Assembly (NCBI GenBank): GCA_951406725.2
Contig: OX597815.1
Coordinates: 212,474,001 to 212,538,000, forward strand
DNA length: 64,000 bases
Direction of reading: 5' to 3'
Source: Octopus vulgaris
Lineage: Eukaryota
Shown here in pieces: positions 12,231 through 24,800 of the stretch; the stretch's first letter is position 1; each line of letters begins with the position of its first letter. Under the pieces are notes generated by a model, which saw only the letters and a list, made by a program, of their open reading frames with translations, had not been told where the DNA came from and did not search any database. Made by a program: the position numbers and the translations under genes.

Positions 12231-14685
12231 GTTAGGTTTCATAAGTGGATCAAATTAAACATGTACTATTTCATTCATTTGAACAAACAATATTAATTCA
12301 AATGCATCTCTCCACCATAGCATCAGTACCGATATAGCCTTTTACATTCTGAGTTCAAATCCCACCAAGGGCATTTTTGACTGGTGCTTAGGTTGTTGCA
12401 CCTCTGATTCTCATCATCATCATCATCATCATCGTTTAACGTCCGCTTTCCATGCTAGCATGGGTTGGACGGTTCAATTGGGGTCTGGGAAGCCCAAAGG
12501 CTGCACCAGGCCAGTCAGATCTGGCAGTGTTTCTACAGCTGGATGCCCTTCCTAACGCCAACCCGTGAGTGTAGTGGGTGCTTTTTATGTGCCACCGACA
12601 CAGGTGCCAGACGAGGCTGGCGAACAGCCACGCTCAGATGGTGTTTTTTATGTGCCACCGACACAGGTGCCAGACGAGGCTGGCGAACGGCCACGCTCGG
12701 ATGGTGTTTTTTATGTGCCACAGACATAAGAAGAATGAAAAGTAAATACTGACATCACTATACCCCACTAACCCCTTTTTCCAAATTTCTGGCCCTGAGC
12801 CTATGTAAGAAAATGAATGAAGTTGGATTGGAAGAACTGTTAAAGGATCAATCAAAATGCTTTGTATTAAGTTATGACCCCTTATTTTCTAAGTTCAAAT
12901 ACTGCGAAAGTCAATTTTCCTTTCATGCTTTGAAGGTCAATAGAATGAAACATTAGTCAAGTACTAGGACTGGTATAACCAACTGCTACACTCCTTACAA
13001 ATATATGGTCCTGTAGCTTAAGCTAGTAATTATTGTTGTTGTTATTGATAATGAACAAGCAGCTACAGCAGGGCTCTAGAGAAGAATTTGATTCTGAGGT
13101 CACATGATAAAATTGTTTCTTTTTTCTGTTTGTTTTCTTTTCATCAACAAAAAGATTTAAGATATTTAGATATGCACTCCATTCCTCTGGAGAGAGAAAA
13201 TAAGGTTTGTGTTTGAGACGTATTTTTATATTTTTGCCAGACATTGTTTTGTAGTAATTCAATACAGTTTCTCCTTGGAAAGTGGGATGAGAATGCCAGC
13301 CACAAATGTAATGGCAACAGAAATGTACCCAAAGAAAATTTCAAAAACAGACAATTTTTTTTTTTAAACCAGCAGACAGAAAGGAAAATGATGACAACTG
13401 AACAAGCAGAGACAAGTAAGAATACAGACATTTCCACTTCGATAAATACAAATAGAAGGAACAAAAATGGTGACAGCTAAAACTATCACAAAACTAACAA
13501 CAGTTTTGCTAGTGTTGTGAGCCAGAAAAAGGAAATGGCCGTGGGTCAACGGCAGCAAAGGAAAAATGTGGGACAAGCATGTCAGAAAAACAGTGCTTCT
13601 TTGACTGGATAATTTAAGAAGCAAGGACAAAAGGAAAAGTGATGTACCTTTGTTTTTTTCTAAAAACAGAGTGAGTTTACCCTCAAAGCTGTTGGAAGAA
13701 ACCCTGACCGATGTATGGCACAATGTATGCTCCATCAAGTGAGGCTGAGTGTATTTGTATATACAGCATCATGATGATGATCATCATCGTTTAACGTCCG
13801 TTTTCCATGCTAGCATGGGTTGGACGGTTCGACCAGGGTCTGGGAAGCCAGGGGCTGCACCAGGCTCCAGTCTGATCTGGCAGTGTTTCTACAGCTGGAT
13901 GCCCTTCCTAACACCAACCACTTTATGAGTGTAGTGGGTGCTTTTTACGTGCCACCAGCACAGGTGCCAGGGGAGGCCACGTTCAAATGGTGCTTTTTAT
14001 GTGCCACTGGTACAGGTATCACAACTACAATTTCCATCTGATATTTATTTTGATGTTGATGTACTTGGCTTAATGTTTTGAGAAGAAAAGTGTGTGGCCA
14101 GTGCTAGTGCTGTGATATATGAGGGGAGGAAACTCACAGACCACAACCAGAGACATTGGTATGCATTTTCAGTATAGTATGGCAAAGTAGTGAGCATGGA
14201 AGTAACAACACACATGCTGTGAGGGTAAGGTTTAACATGGATATTCAGCTTCTGGTGGACCTCAAATATCACAAGGCTACCTAAGAGTTATACCGCACTG
14301 CAGGAGCAATGAGAAAGGTAATCAGATAAGTTGGATAAAGCAGAAAGCCCAGCTACTACACGTGTAAGACCAAGAACCACTTGAAAGTTGTCTGCTGGAG
14401 GAGGAAGAAAAATAGAGGATGAAAAAGGGTGGAAGGCAACAGCAACTGCAAATTCCAGAAGCTGCTATTCCAAGAGCAATAATATGGCCCTTGTGGCAAA
14501 TAAGCAAGACAATCATTGTTTATTCATAACAGCAGGGTTTGAACTTTTTGTGTTTTGAGTTCAATTCCTGCCTTTTATCCTTCAGGGGTAGATAAAATAA
14601 AATACCAGTCCAGTAAGGGGTTCACAAATGCCAACTCCTCAAAAAACTGGCCTTGTGCCTAAATTAGAAATCATTATAATAATTT

Positions 14686-15015
14686 AGAATAGAGGCAGAC
14701 CCAGGAAAACCTGGGACGAGGTGGTGAAACACGACCTTCGAACTTTAGGTCTCACTGAGGAAATGACTAGAGACCGAGACCTCTGGAAGTGTGCTGTGCG
14801 CGAGAAGACCCGGCAGGACAAGTGAGTCCACAACCCGTGGCCTTCTACATGGGATGGAGCCAGCCTACGTATGCATACCTTCCCTTCTTGGGACACAAAA
14901 CTCTACTTGTGAAGACGTGTTGAGGCAAGTGAGGATCAGAATCGAAATCGATCAATGGAAATCGATCAATGGAAATTGCAGATGTGTTACCAGTGCCGGT
15001 GGCATGTAAGAGAAC
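14686..15015 (+). mobile_element. RTE LINE C-terminal fragment
   Basis: RGRPRKTWDEVVKHDLRTLGLTEEMTRDRDLWKCAVREKTRQDK* followed by 3'UTR. Confidence 0.85.
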
Positions 15016-15029
15016 TTCTGACTCATTAT

Positions 15030-15411
15030 AATCCGAGTTTAAATTCTTCCAGGGTCAACTTTGCTTTTCATCCCTCCAAAATTGATAAAATAAAATACCA
15101 ATCAAATATTGGGGGTTGATGTAATAGACTTACCCACTTCCCTCAAAACTGGTGGTCTTCTTGCCAAAATTAGATATTATTAGTGTTACTATTATTAAAG
15201 TCAGCAAGCTGGTAGACTTGTTAGCATGCTGGGCAAAATGCCTAGTGGTATTCTGTCCGTCACTATGTTCTGAGTTCAAATTCTGCCAAGGTCAACTTTG
15301 TCTTTCATCCTTTCAAGGTCAATAAATTAAGCACCAGTGAAATGGTGGGGTCAACATAATCAAATAGACCCTTCCCCATAAAATTTGAGGTCTTCTGCCT
15401 CCAGTAAAAAG

Positions 15412-15453
<42 letters not shown>

Positions 15454-16360
15454 GGCAGCGGGTTGACAGAATCCTTAGCGCTGCAAGCAAAATACTTAAT
15501 GCTATTTTGTCCGTCTTTACATTGCGAATTCAAATTTCTCCAAGGTCAATTTTGCTTTTCATCCTTTTGGGGTCAATAAAATAAGTACCAGTTGAATGCT
15601 GGGGTCAATGTAATTAACTTACCCCGTCCCTCAAACTTACTGACCTTGTGCCAACACTTGAAATTGCTAATACCAGCTGGTTCCGTACCATCAAAAATGA
15701 TGGCTAATTCTAGTATTTTATATATAAAAACGGATGGTAAATCAAATTAATAAACTTATTAATGTTATCTAGTGGTTATCTTTACACACACACACAAGCA
15801 TTCACATTTCCCTTTCACATACACACACATATACTCACACAGAGTTGAAACATTCCCACTACCATCTTGCCATCACCCCTTCCTCTCTCATTCATATGTT
15901 GCGATGGAGAAAAATACGAGTATTATTATAGTACGTTCTTCTTCTTCTTATTATTATTATTGCTACATTCTGGGGTCAAATTCCGCCAAGATCAACATTG
16001 CCTTTCATCCTTTCAGGGTCAATAAATTAAGTACCAGTGAAACAGTGGGGTCAGTGTAATTGACTAGTCTCCTCTCCACAAATTTCAGGGCTTGTGCCTT
16101 TAGTGGAAAGGATGACTAATATTATTATTATTATTACTACTACTACTACTATCATCATTAAGGTAACAAACTGGCAGGATCATTAACATGTTGGAGAAAA
16201 TGTAGAGCAGCATTTCTTTAGATCCTGAGTTCAAGTCCAGCCGAGATCAACTTTGCCTTTCATCCTTTCAGCCTCAATAAAACGAGTACCAAGTGAGCAG
16301 GGGAGGGGGGTCAACTTAACCCCTCTCCTAAATTTGCTAGTCTTATATCAAAATAAGAAC
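15030..16360 (+). mobile_element. Cluster of second SINE family copies separated by (ATT)n tracts
   Basis: At least 5 copies of GAGTTCAAATTCYGCCRAGGTCAACTTTGCCTTTCATCCTTTCRGGGTCAATAAA..AAGTACCAG. Other clusters at about 29895-31290 and 42215-43400. Confidence 0.85.
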
Positions 16361-17096
16361 TACTACTACTACTATTTATAACTATATATCACTCTCTCTC
16401 TCTCTCTCTCTGTCGCTTTATTTGCTTAGCGATATATGTATCTTTCTGGGTAAGAATTTTGCTGCTTTTTGAGAGTTGGCAAATTTGATGATCCAGCACA
16501 ACACAGGTCTGTCCCGCAAGTCCCCAGGGTTCTGGATTAGCAAAACAATGCTGTAATTTGAACACGCTATGTCTGAGATGACGGAGAATATCAACTGGGA
16601 GTGCAGGGAGAGAGAAGTATGGAATCACAAACATACAACCATACACACAAATAAAAACTCAGAGACAGACAGACAGACACATAAATAGAGAGTGAAAGAG
16701 TGAGAGGGGGTGAGAAAGAGATTCTAGAACCTTCAATAATGTTACATGATGCAAAAATATGCTTCATTTTACAAGAGGGTTATACAATCTCTCAAATAGG
16801 CTCTCAAGGAATGATTTCTCAAACGAAAGACTAAGAAGCCAGCTATTTTTGCCAGCTGGCCATTGATGACACACCCTAACGAATGAATCAAACAAGTTGA
16901 GCAAGCTGCTTTCCCATGCCACTTAACAGAATGAAAGATTTCTAAAGAGTCTGGCCTAAATACTGTGCTTAGGTTATTAGTTTATTACATTCATGCCCAG
17001 TTTTAATTCCTATTTAGACAGGTCCACTTTACTTCAGTCAATCCATCACTTACTATTTTCTATCTTAAATGAAAAAAAAAATGGAGTTGCCTATAT

Positions 17097-17970
17097 ATAG
17101 GTGCAAGTGTGGTTTGGTGGTAAGTAGCTTGCTTCCCAACCACATGATTCTGGGTTCAGTCCCACAGCGTGGCACCTTGGGCAAGTGTCTTCTACTTTAG
17201 CCTCAGGCCAACCAAGGCCTTGTGAGTAGATTTGGTAAACAGAAACTGAAAGAAGTCTATCATATGTATGTATGTATATAAGTATGTATGTATGTATGTA
17301 TGTATGTATGTATGTATGTATATAAGTATGTATGTATGTATGTATGTAAGTATGTATGTATGTATGTATATAAGTATGTATGTATGTATGTATGTTTGTG
17401 TATCTGAGTTTATACCCCACCACCATAGCTTGACAACTGATTTCTTCTTCTTCCAATCAGGACTCACGCCATTAGCCACAAAGAATAATCTCTAATTTGA
17501 GCCTACTCTAAGCTACTAAGAATGTGTGTGGCAACTTGAAGATCCACCCACCACAAGCGATAGACTGGTGGTTGCACAGGCGTGAAAGCTATGTTCTTAC
17601 CCTCATTCCATAAATGGTGGCTTTTTATGGGTGGAGAGCTAAACCGTCCTGGAGTACAGAGTATTTGCAATCCAAACTAGGGTCTGAAAGTTTACCACAC
17701 CATAGTGGTTTACACCACGGTTCCTCTGCTTTGTGGAAGAAGTAGAAAGAAAGAGTGAGAGAAAGATGTGGTGAAAGAGTACAGCAGGGTTACTCCCCAC
17801 CCCTGCCGGAGCCTCATGGAGCTTGGGTGTTTACAAATGATGTTGGTGTGTTTACATCCTCATAACTCAGTGGTTCAGCAAAAGAGGTCGATAGAATACG
17901 TACTAGGCTTACAAAGAATAAGTCCTGGGTTCGGTTTGTTCAACTAAAGGCTGTGCTCCAGCATGGCCTT
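17097..17970 (+). mobile_element. OR2-like SINE with expanded (TATG)n and a ~390-bp nested insertion
   Basis: SINE head 17097-17260 and (TATG)n 17263-17395. The SINE body is interrupted at about 17440-17835 and resumes at GATGTTGGTGTGTTTACATCC. Confidence 0.75.
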
Positions 17971-19168
17971 TAGTTGATGTTAGGTAACAACAACAGCAAC
18001 AACATCATACTGCTATCATTATTTCTCAGCCCCATTTGGAAGGCCATGCAAGGAAGGGATACATATACTGCTTTGTCTAACAAGATTAATCATTGAAAAA
18101 AAAGAAAAGAAAAAGATATTTCTTGACTTTAGGATTGTGATTTCCAGTAACAATTTTAACTGCCAAATATTGCAGAAGCATCAACCTTGAAACTTGTTCA
18201 AAATCAGATTTGATAGAAAATAGGCCAGATATTGTATATTGATGGGAATATTGATAAAAGAGATGAGGATGAGCATACCAACTCATAATAAAACTGAACT
18301 ACTACAGTGATATGTTACAAAATAAAATCAAACACACACAAAGAATATATGGGTCTAAGTCTGCCATATCTCTTACCTTTACATTTTTCAGTTGTTACAC
18401 TGAGGCCATGCTGGGGCACCATCTTGGAGGATTTTATGTGAATAAATCAACCCCATTACTAATTAGATTTTTTTAAAGCCTAGTACTTATTCTAGCAGTT
18501 TCTGTTGTTAAATTGTGAAGTAATGGGGATGTAAACACACAAACACCAGTTGTCAAGTGGTGATGGGGTACAAGCCCAGTTACACACATACGACAGGCTT
18601 CTTTCACTTTCTATCTCCCAAATCCACTCATGAAGCTACAAAACTTGCCCAAGGTGCCTCACAGTTGGACTAAACCCAAAACCATATGGTTGGGAAGCAA
18701 TCTTCTTACTACACAGTCAAGCCTGTGCCATAAATGACAAGTTTCCATATGTATATAAATATATTTATATATATAAATATATGTGTGTGTGTCTGTAAAT
18801 GCCTGGATAAATGTAAACAAGCATACATCGCTATGCAAGCATACATATGCATACATCTATATGCAAAGATACATCAATGCTTCCATGTGTATGCATACAT
18901 GCATGTATATGCATGCATAACCAAGCAGTCTGGTTGAATTAGGCAAAACTTTAAAATGATGCATTCTAATAGACTTGATACTACTTTCAGTATTCAACAG
19001 TAAATCTTTTATAATTCTGAAAATTGTCTTAAAATAATAAACTTAAATTAACAAGTTTTACCCATATCTCCATGCACAGATGAACACAAATCTACACTAC
19101 ACTAGCACATAAATATATATACACTACACTAGCACATATATATCTATATATATGTATGTGTGCATATA

Positions 19169-19210
<42 letters not shown>

Positions 19211-19246
19211 CGTATGTATATATATATGTATATATATATACGTTCT

Positions 19247-19278
<32 letters not shown>

Positions 19279-19280
19279 AG

Positions 19281-19296
<16 letters not shown>

Positions 19297-19324
<28 letters not shown>

Positions 19325-22300
19325 ATTTGGCTCAAAAGCAAATAGCAAGGCCATGTAGGGGGACATGGAGTTAAGTACAGGGTGGTGTTCATGTAAAGAG
19401 TTCAGGCCACTTGAGGTCCAGGGAGGCTTTGAACAAAGCGGTCGTCGGCATCTTCACCATCTTGTCTGGCAGCTTGTTCCACGGATCCGCAACCCGGACG
19501 GAGAAAGCTCCTCTCCTTCGATTGAGATGAAATCGTCGCAGGTAGAGCTTTTCGGAATGACCCCGCAGCCGACGCTCTGGAGCAGGAGTGAAGAACAGCT
19601 CTTTCGAGAGGTTAGACTTTCCGCTTATAATGTTGTGGGCGAGAATGAGATCACCACGGCGGCGGCGTTTTTCAAGAGAATAAAGGTCGAGCATCCTCAG
19701 CCTTTCTTCGTAGGACAAATTTTTGAGACCATGAACCATGCGGGTAGCCAGCCTCTGGACTCTTTCAAGATGCTGTATGTCTTTGAGGAGATAAGGAGAA
19801 GAGGCCTCAATCCCATACTCCAATATGGGTCTCACCAGCGTGACATAGAGTGGTAGGAATATGGCTGCTGTGAGCATTCCGAATGACCGTCGAATCAAGA
19901 ACAGAATTCCGCGTGCTTTATTGGCAGCATGGACGCACTGGGCTGAAGGCGAAAAGGAGGAATCCACCAAGATACCCAGGTCCTTTACCTGATCGGTCCT
20001 CTCCAGCAGCAGCCGACCCGGCTCGAAATCAAGTTGAGTTGCAGGAGTAGAGCCGACAGGCAGATGACAGCACTTTGACACGTTCAGACACAGGTCCCAA
20101 TCGTTAGACCACTTCCAAATTTGGTGGAGGCATCGACGAAGATCCTCTATATTACCGCGAGGAGCGACCAGTTTGATATCGTCGGCAAATAGAAGGGTGT
20201 GTTGCGTGAGGTCGTCGGGCAAGTCATTTATGAAGACTAAGAACAACAAGGGCCCAAGCACTGAACCTTGAGGCATGCCACTGCTCGCACTGGAGACGTC
20301 GGACCGCGAACCATTAACTTGGACTTGGAAGGAGCGATCTGAGAGGAAGGCACCAACCCATCGTATAATATCCGGATGGAAACTATATGCTTGAAGCTTG
20401 ACAAGTAATATGCGGTGGTTTACCGAGTCAAAAGCTTTGGCAAAGTCCAATAAAACGATGTCAACAGCATCACTATCATCGAGGATGCGCGTCACCAATT
20501 CTTCCATTACTAGTAAGTTGGTCAAGCATGATCTCTTCGGCACGAAGCCGTGTTGGGAATCAGAGATAGAGGCTGTGTTTAGGAGGTGGAGCATCATACT
20601 TTTCTTAAGGATGGTTATTGATGTAAGGGAAACCAGTCGGTAGTTAAGCGGGTCTTCGCGGCTCCCTTTCTTGAAAATTGGGCAGATTATCGCTGTTCTC
20701 CAGTCTGCAGGTATAACACCCGTCGCCAATGACATATTGAATAGTCGTGTTAAGGGCTCGCAGATGACCGGAGCCAACGCTTTGATAACCCGTGGGTGCA
20801 TGCCTTGTTGACATCGAGGCCTTGAATAACACGTTTGACTTCATCCCGCGTGATGACCAATCGAAGCATTGGAGGTACCGATCTATCAAATGGAGGGGGT
20901 TCACGACCATCATCTTGTTTGAAAATAGTTGAAAAAGCCTCAGCAAATAATTGACTCTGTTGATAAGGGTCCTCAATCGATATGCCTGTTGAGTCTACCA
21001 ACGTTGCAATCTGGTTGTTCAAGCGGGAATTCCGCTGGACATGGGCAAAGAAGGTTTTTGGATTGCTACTGGCATTTGCCGCGATTTTGTATTCATAACT
21101 GAAGCGTTCTCTCTTTTCAATTTTCACGGCTCGGTCTCGTTGAGTTTTGTACACCTCAAAAGCTGCAGTCGAATTCAGATTTTTGAATTCAGCCCAAGCA
21201 ATATCTCTGAGTCGACGTTCTCGTTTAACCTTCTTCGTTACCCAGGGCTTGTGTTTCTTCTTCTTGGGAAGCCAACGGGAACTGCCTGGTCAGTCAAACA
21301 GATTACATATGCTTTGAGGGATGACCATAGTTCGTCAACTGAGGACAACGTCATCAGGGATCGCCAGTCCAGAAGCGCGGAAGCCTCGGTTAGAATTTCA
21401 AGATTAATTGCAGAGAAGACTCTACGTGGCAGCGAAGTAGTCGTGGGCATAGAAAAAGTTGTGTGCATGACGAACTTCAGGACCGCATGATCACTCTTGG
21501 CAAGAGGGGCACACACAGATACGTCTGACACTGATCTTGGATAGCGGGAGAATACCAGATCTAGCATAGATGGCTGCTGCCCAGACCGATGCCTTGTCGG
21601 ATATTCAACATGTTGCGATAGAAAACAATCTTCAGCCACGTCAAGAAGGGCCTGGCCGAAACGGGAAGATGTTGTACAAATTGATGCGGGCCAATCGATC
21701 GTGGGAGCGTTGAAGTCTCCTAGTACCAAACATTCATGCGAAGCTGAAACGAATCTTATCGCTTCGAGTAAATGAGTATCGTCCTGGGGGTCAGCAAGAG
21801 GCGGCCTGTAGACAGCCAACACGGGCAGGCAAAACTCAGATAGGCTCAGCTTGCAATAGACGGCATGGAATTTTGTTGTAGGTTGAGCATTAGTGGGTAG
21901 AATACCGCTGGACGGTTTGTGCTCAGACTTAACATACACAGCAACACCTCCACCTCGCCTTTTTCCTCTGTCACATCTGAAAAGGACGTAGCCCTGCAGG
22001 TGGATTTCTGAGTCCTTTACTGCTGGAGTCAGCCAAGTCTCGGTGATAGCTATCACATCAGGGGAGTCACGTATGGCCAGTGTAAATAGTTCACTGAACT
22101 TTGGGAATAAGGAGCACGAGTTGGTGTAGACGATGCTGAGCTGTGAAGTCTGATGGGCGGGAGTTGGGGAACAAGCAGAATAAGGGGTATCAGAGATAGC
22201 GTCGTTGACGGGGGTATCAACTTCACTTCGATTTGCCCTCACATCACTTTCCCTGTCAGCACTACAGCATGGGACCAGATGTAGGACTTGATTATCTGTC

Positions 22301-22757
22301 CATCTTGGATTCATAAACCCTTCTCTCCCATTTGTTTCCTCATCTTTAGTTCGGATATTAAGTTTCTCCGGCGAATTCTCTCTCTTAGTGAGTATTCCTC
22401 GCGAAAACCCATATTGGGGTCCTCCCAGGCATGCGTCTGAGCTCTGTTCAGAAAGACTGAAGCCTCCCGATCGGAGGAGAAGATTACCCTTATTGGGCAT
22501 GGTCTAGTATCTGAGGTTGGGTTCGCTTGGAATCTTCCTAGCCGAGCGACCTTATGGACACTGACATTTTCGTTCACAGAGAACAATTTTCCAACTAAAA
22601 TGGAAACAAAATTAATGTCATCTTTTAGGCGGTTTATGCCTGTATCACAGGTGGATTCAGCTTTACCATAAATTATTGCTGATCTTGAGTGGGCAAAATG
22701 TTCTCTACTATGAGCTGCGGTATTCGATTCTTCATTGGAAGATTTCGAAAGGGTGGT
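19297..22757 (-). mobile_element. Near-full-length CR1-clade LINE (partial ORF1, APE endonuclease, RT), inactivated
   Basis: ORF1 remnant at 22311-22760. APE motifs IAITETWL, RCDR..RRGGGVAVYV, VLGDFNAP and SDH. RT motifs LDFAKAFDSV, PQGSVLGPLLF, FADDIKL, YEERL..L.L.SLE.RR.RGDLI and WNKLP. (AACT)n tail. Frameshifts or small deletions near 21265 and 20800. Confidence 0.95.
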
Positions 22758-22955
22758 ATATATCATCATCATCATATATATATATATGTACACATGGGTA
22801 CAGGATGTCACCAACTGTAAACAACATGAAGTACGAAAACAAGCAAGTTATATACGCAAAAGATTGAAAACAGGACAAGCAACAGAAAGAACAACCCTTC
22901 ATCGGTTGTCAGCCGTCCATTCATATATGCACACACACATACACACACATACATA

Positions 22956-23512
22956 CGAGGTTTGATCAAAAAGTATTGGGACTGGTGCTATAAAAAGAAA
23001 ACTACAACACACATCAGTTCAGCATTTAATCTCCTTCAAAGTAACCCCACTTCTGAAACCAAAACACTTTATCCAGAGTCATATTCATTGATGAAAGAAT
23101 TCTTGGAACTCCTTTTTTTGGGGAAAGCAAGCAGCTGTCCTGTATCATTCTCTTGGCTTTCCTCAACATCTCGAAATCTTGATGGGACCTTCCACTGCAA
23201 AAACTGAGGCTTGGTTTCAGGGTCATCGTCAGGGATCCATAATTCATCATCTGTTATGACATCACCATTTCCAAAATGTTTCTGTCATCCTAAACACAAT
23301 CAAGGAGATCCTGTACAGCTTAACCCCAATCTTCTTTTTCAGACGACAACACTTAACACACTTTACATCGAAGTACTGCTAACATACAAGAGAAGTGAGC
23401 AAGAATGTTATACCATAGTATGCAAGCGCAACAGAGTTCAGAGTTAATCTGTGCCAAGTGGCAGCTTCATTCTGCAAACTTTAGCTTTATTACCATAGTA
23501 AAAGTCCCAATA
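22956..23512 (-). mobile_element. Degenerate, internally deleted mariner element
   Basis: TA-CGAGGTTTGATCAAAAAGTATTGGGACT at one end and partial complement AGTCCCAATA near 23503. Mariner C-terminus ...GYFEGD* and a TDDELWI-like catalytic remnant. Confidence 0.7.
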
Positions 23513-24011
23513 GTACAAGTGTTTTTAGTGTGACATGTATGTGCATCTGTGTTTGTTTCCTGATCATCACTAGACAACTGGTGTTGGTTTGTTGACGTCC
23601 AATAACTTAGTAATGGAAACTGACAGAATAAGTAGGACTTAAAATTAAGTCAATTAGTTCAATGAAAATCCTTCAAGGTGATGCTCCAGCATGGCCGCAG
23701 TCAAATAACAGAAACAAGTAAAAAGACAAAATATTATCTTCTTTGTTGAAGATATCTAACAAACAAATTCAGAGTAAAAGATGTATAGGATTAACTCATA
23801 CCCCAGTACCTAACTGGTATCTATTTTATCGACCCCAGAAGAATGGAAGTGAAGTCAACTCCAACAAGATTTGAACTCAGAACATAAAGGGTTACAACTA
23901 AAAGCCATGGCACAGCAAACTGCCTAACAATCTATCAATTCTGTTGATCCAATTATGAAACAGAATTCCAGAATAAATATATTTAATTAATTAAAAGAAA
24001 TATTGACTTAC

Positions 24012-24195
24012 GATATTAATAGATCAGCAATATGATTGTGCCCTTGACTAAGGGCAACTTCCCTTGGAGTCTCTCCCTTTGAATTGGTAATATGTATAAC
24101 GTCAGTACCTACTTCTGTGAGGACTAGACTTATCACTTGGGGTAGACCATGGTGAGCAGCAAAAAAAAGGAGATTAGCACAGGCTGCAGGTTTTC
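24012..24195 (-). CDS. ARHGEF28: Coding exon of ARHGEF28/AKAP13-like RhoGEF (ankyrin-like repeats)
   Basis: Not in the ORF track. Acceptor TTTCAG|GA and donor TC|GTAAGT; 184 nt, phase 1 to 2. Encodes GKPAACANLLFFAAHHGLPQVISLVLTEVGTDVIHITNSKGETPREVALSQGHNHIADLLI, with ankyrin motifs LLxxAAxxG and NxxGxTPxxxAxxxGH. Confidence 0.9.
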
Positions 24196-24429
24196 CTGAA
24201 ATGATAAAGAATAAATAAAGTCAATAAATATGAGAATAAATCTATAAAAATGAAAGAAAACTCTGGAAGGAAAAAATACACAAATGAAATCAGTTTTATC
24301 TGTTTTATGTACATAGTGGCCAGATCTGGCCTCTCACACCTACCCTACAATGTCATTCTAAAAATAAAACATATCATCTAAATTTTGAAGTTATGAGACA
24401 GTGCATGGTTATATGATAGTGGTAGACAT

Positions 24430-24800
24430 CAATTGGTCTCGAGGGGCCATAGATCTGCACCCCAAAAAATCATGTCAACTGCTGATGGGGGTGCAGCATT
24501 TGCCATAGCTGTAGAAGCACACACGGGAGTGGCAGTCATGCATACAGTGACAACATTTGAAGGAGCTCTCTGCCAGGGTTACTGGCTTTTCTTTCCGTCG
24601 AGTGCACTTTTCTTTTTGTCTTCCCTTCACTTCATCCCCTTTCGCAGTATTTGTCTCCAGTGTGAGCAATCAATTGCGACTTACTCCAATCTCTGGATGT
24701 CCAGATCAAGCAACTTCATATCTCTCTTGCAGATGTCCTTGAATCAAAGATGAGGTCGTCCTTGTGCTCTTGCGCCAGGGACCAATTCCCCATATCTTAA
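24430..24800 (-). mobile_element. RTE-clade LINE 3' fragment, second lineage with C-terminal zinc finger
   Basis: YGELVPGARAQGRPHL*FKDICKRDMK...HWRQ and FKCCHCMHDCHSRVCFYSY. Confidence 0.8.

Noticed and set aside
12578-12720. Direct repeats GGTGYTTTTTATGTGCCAC with spacers, superficially CRISPR-like
   Set aside because: The spacers are near-identical, the context is eukaryotic with no cas genes, and the repeats are units of the RTE 3'UTR.
13364-13738. 124-aa ORF with possible donor G|GTAAAC near 13680
   Set aside because: Weak donor, phase 1 is incompatible with the next phase-2 exon, and there is no recognisable homology.
16389-16646. 85-aa ORF in unique-looking sequence
   Set aside because: No compatible splice sites or family similarity; it runs into microsatellites.
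22885-22920. Minus-strand CCGATGAAGGG, hammerhead box-like
   Set aside because: No downstream GAAA or closing stems.
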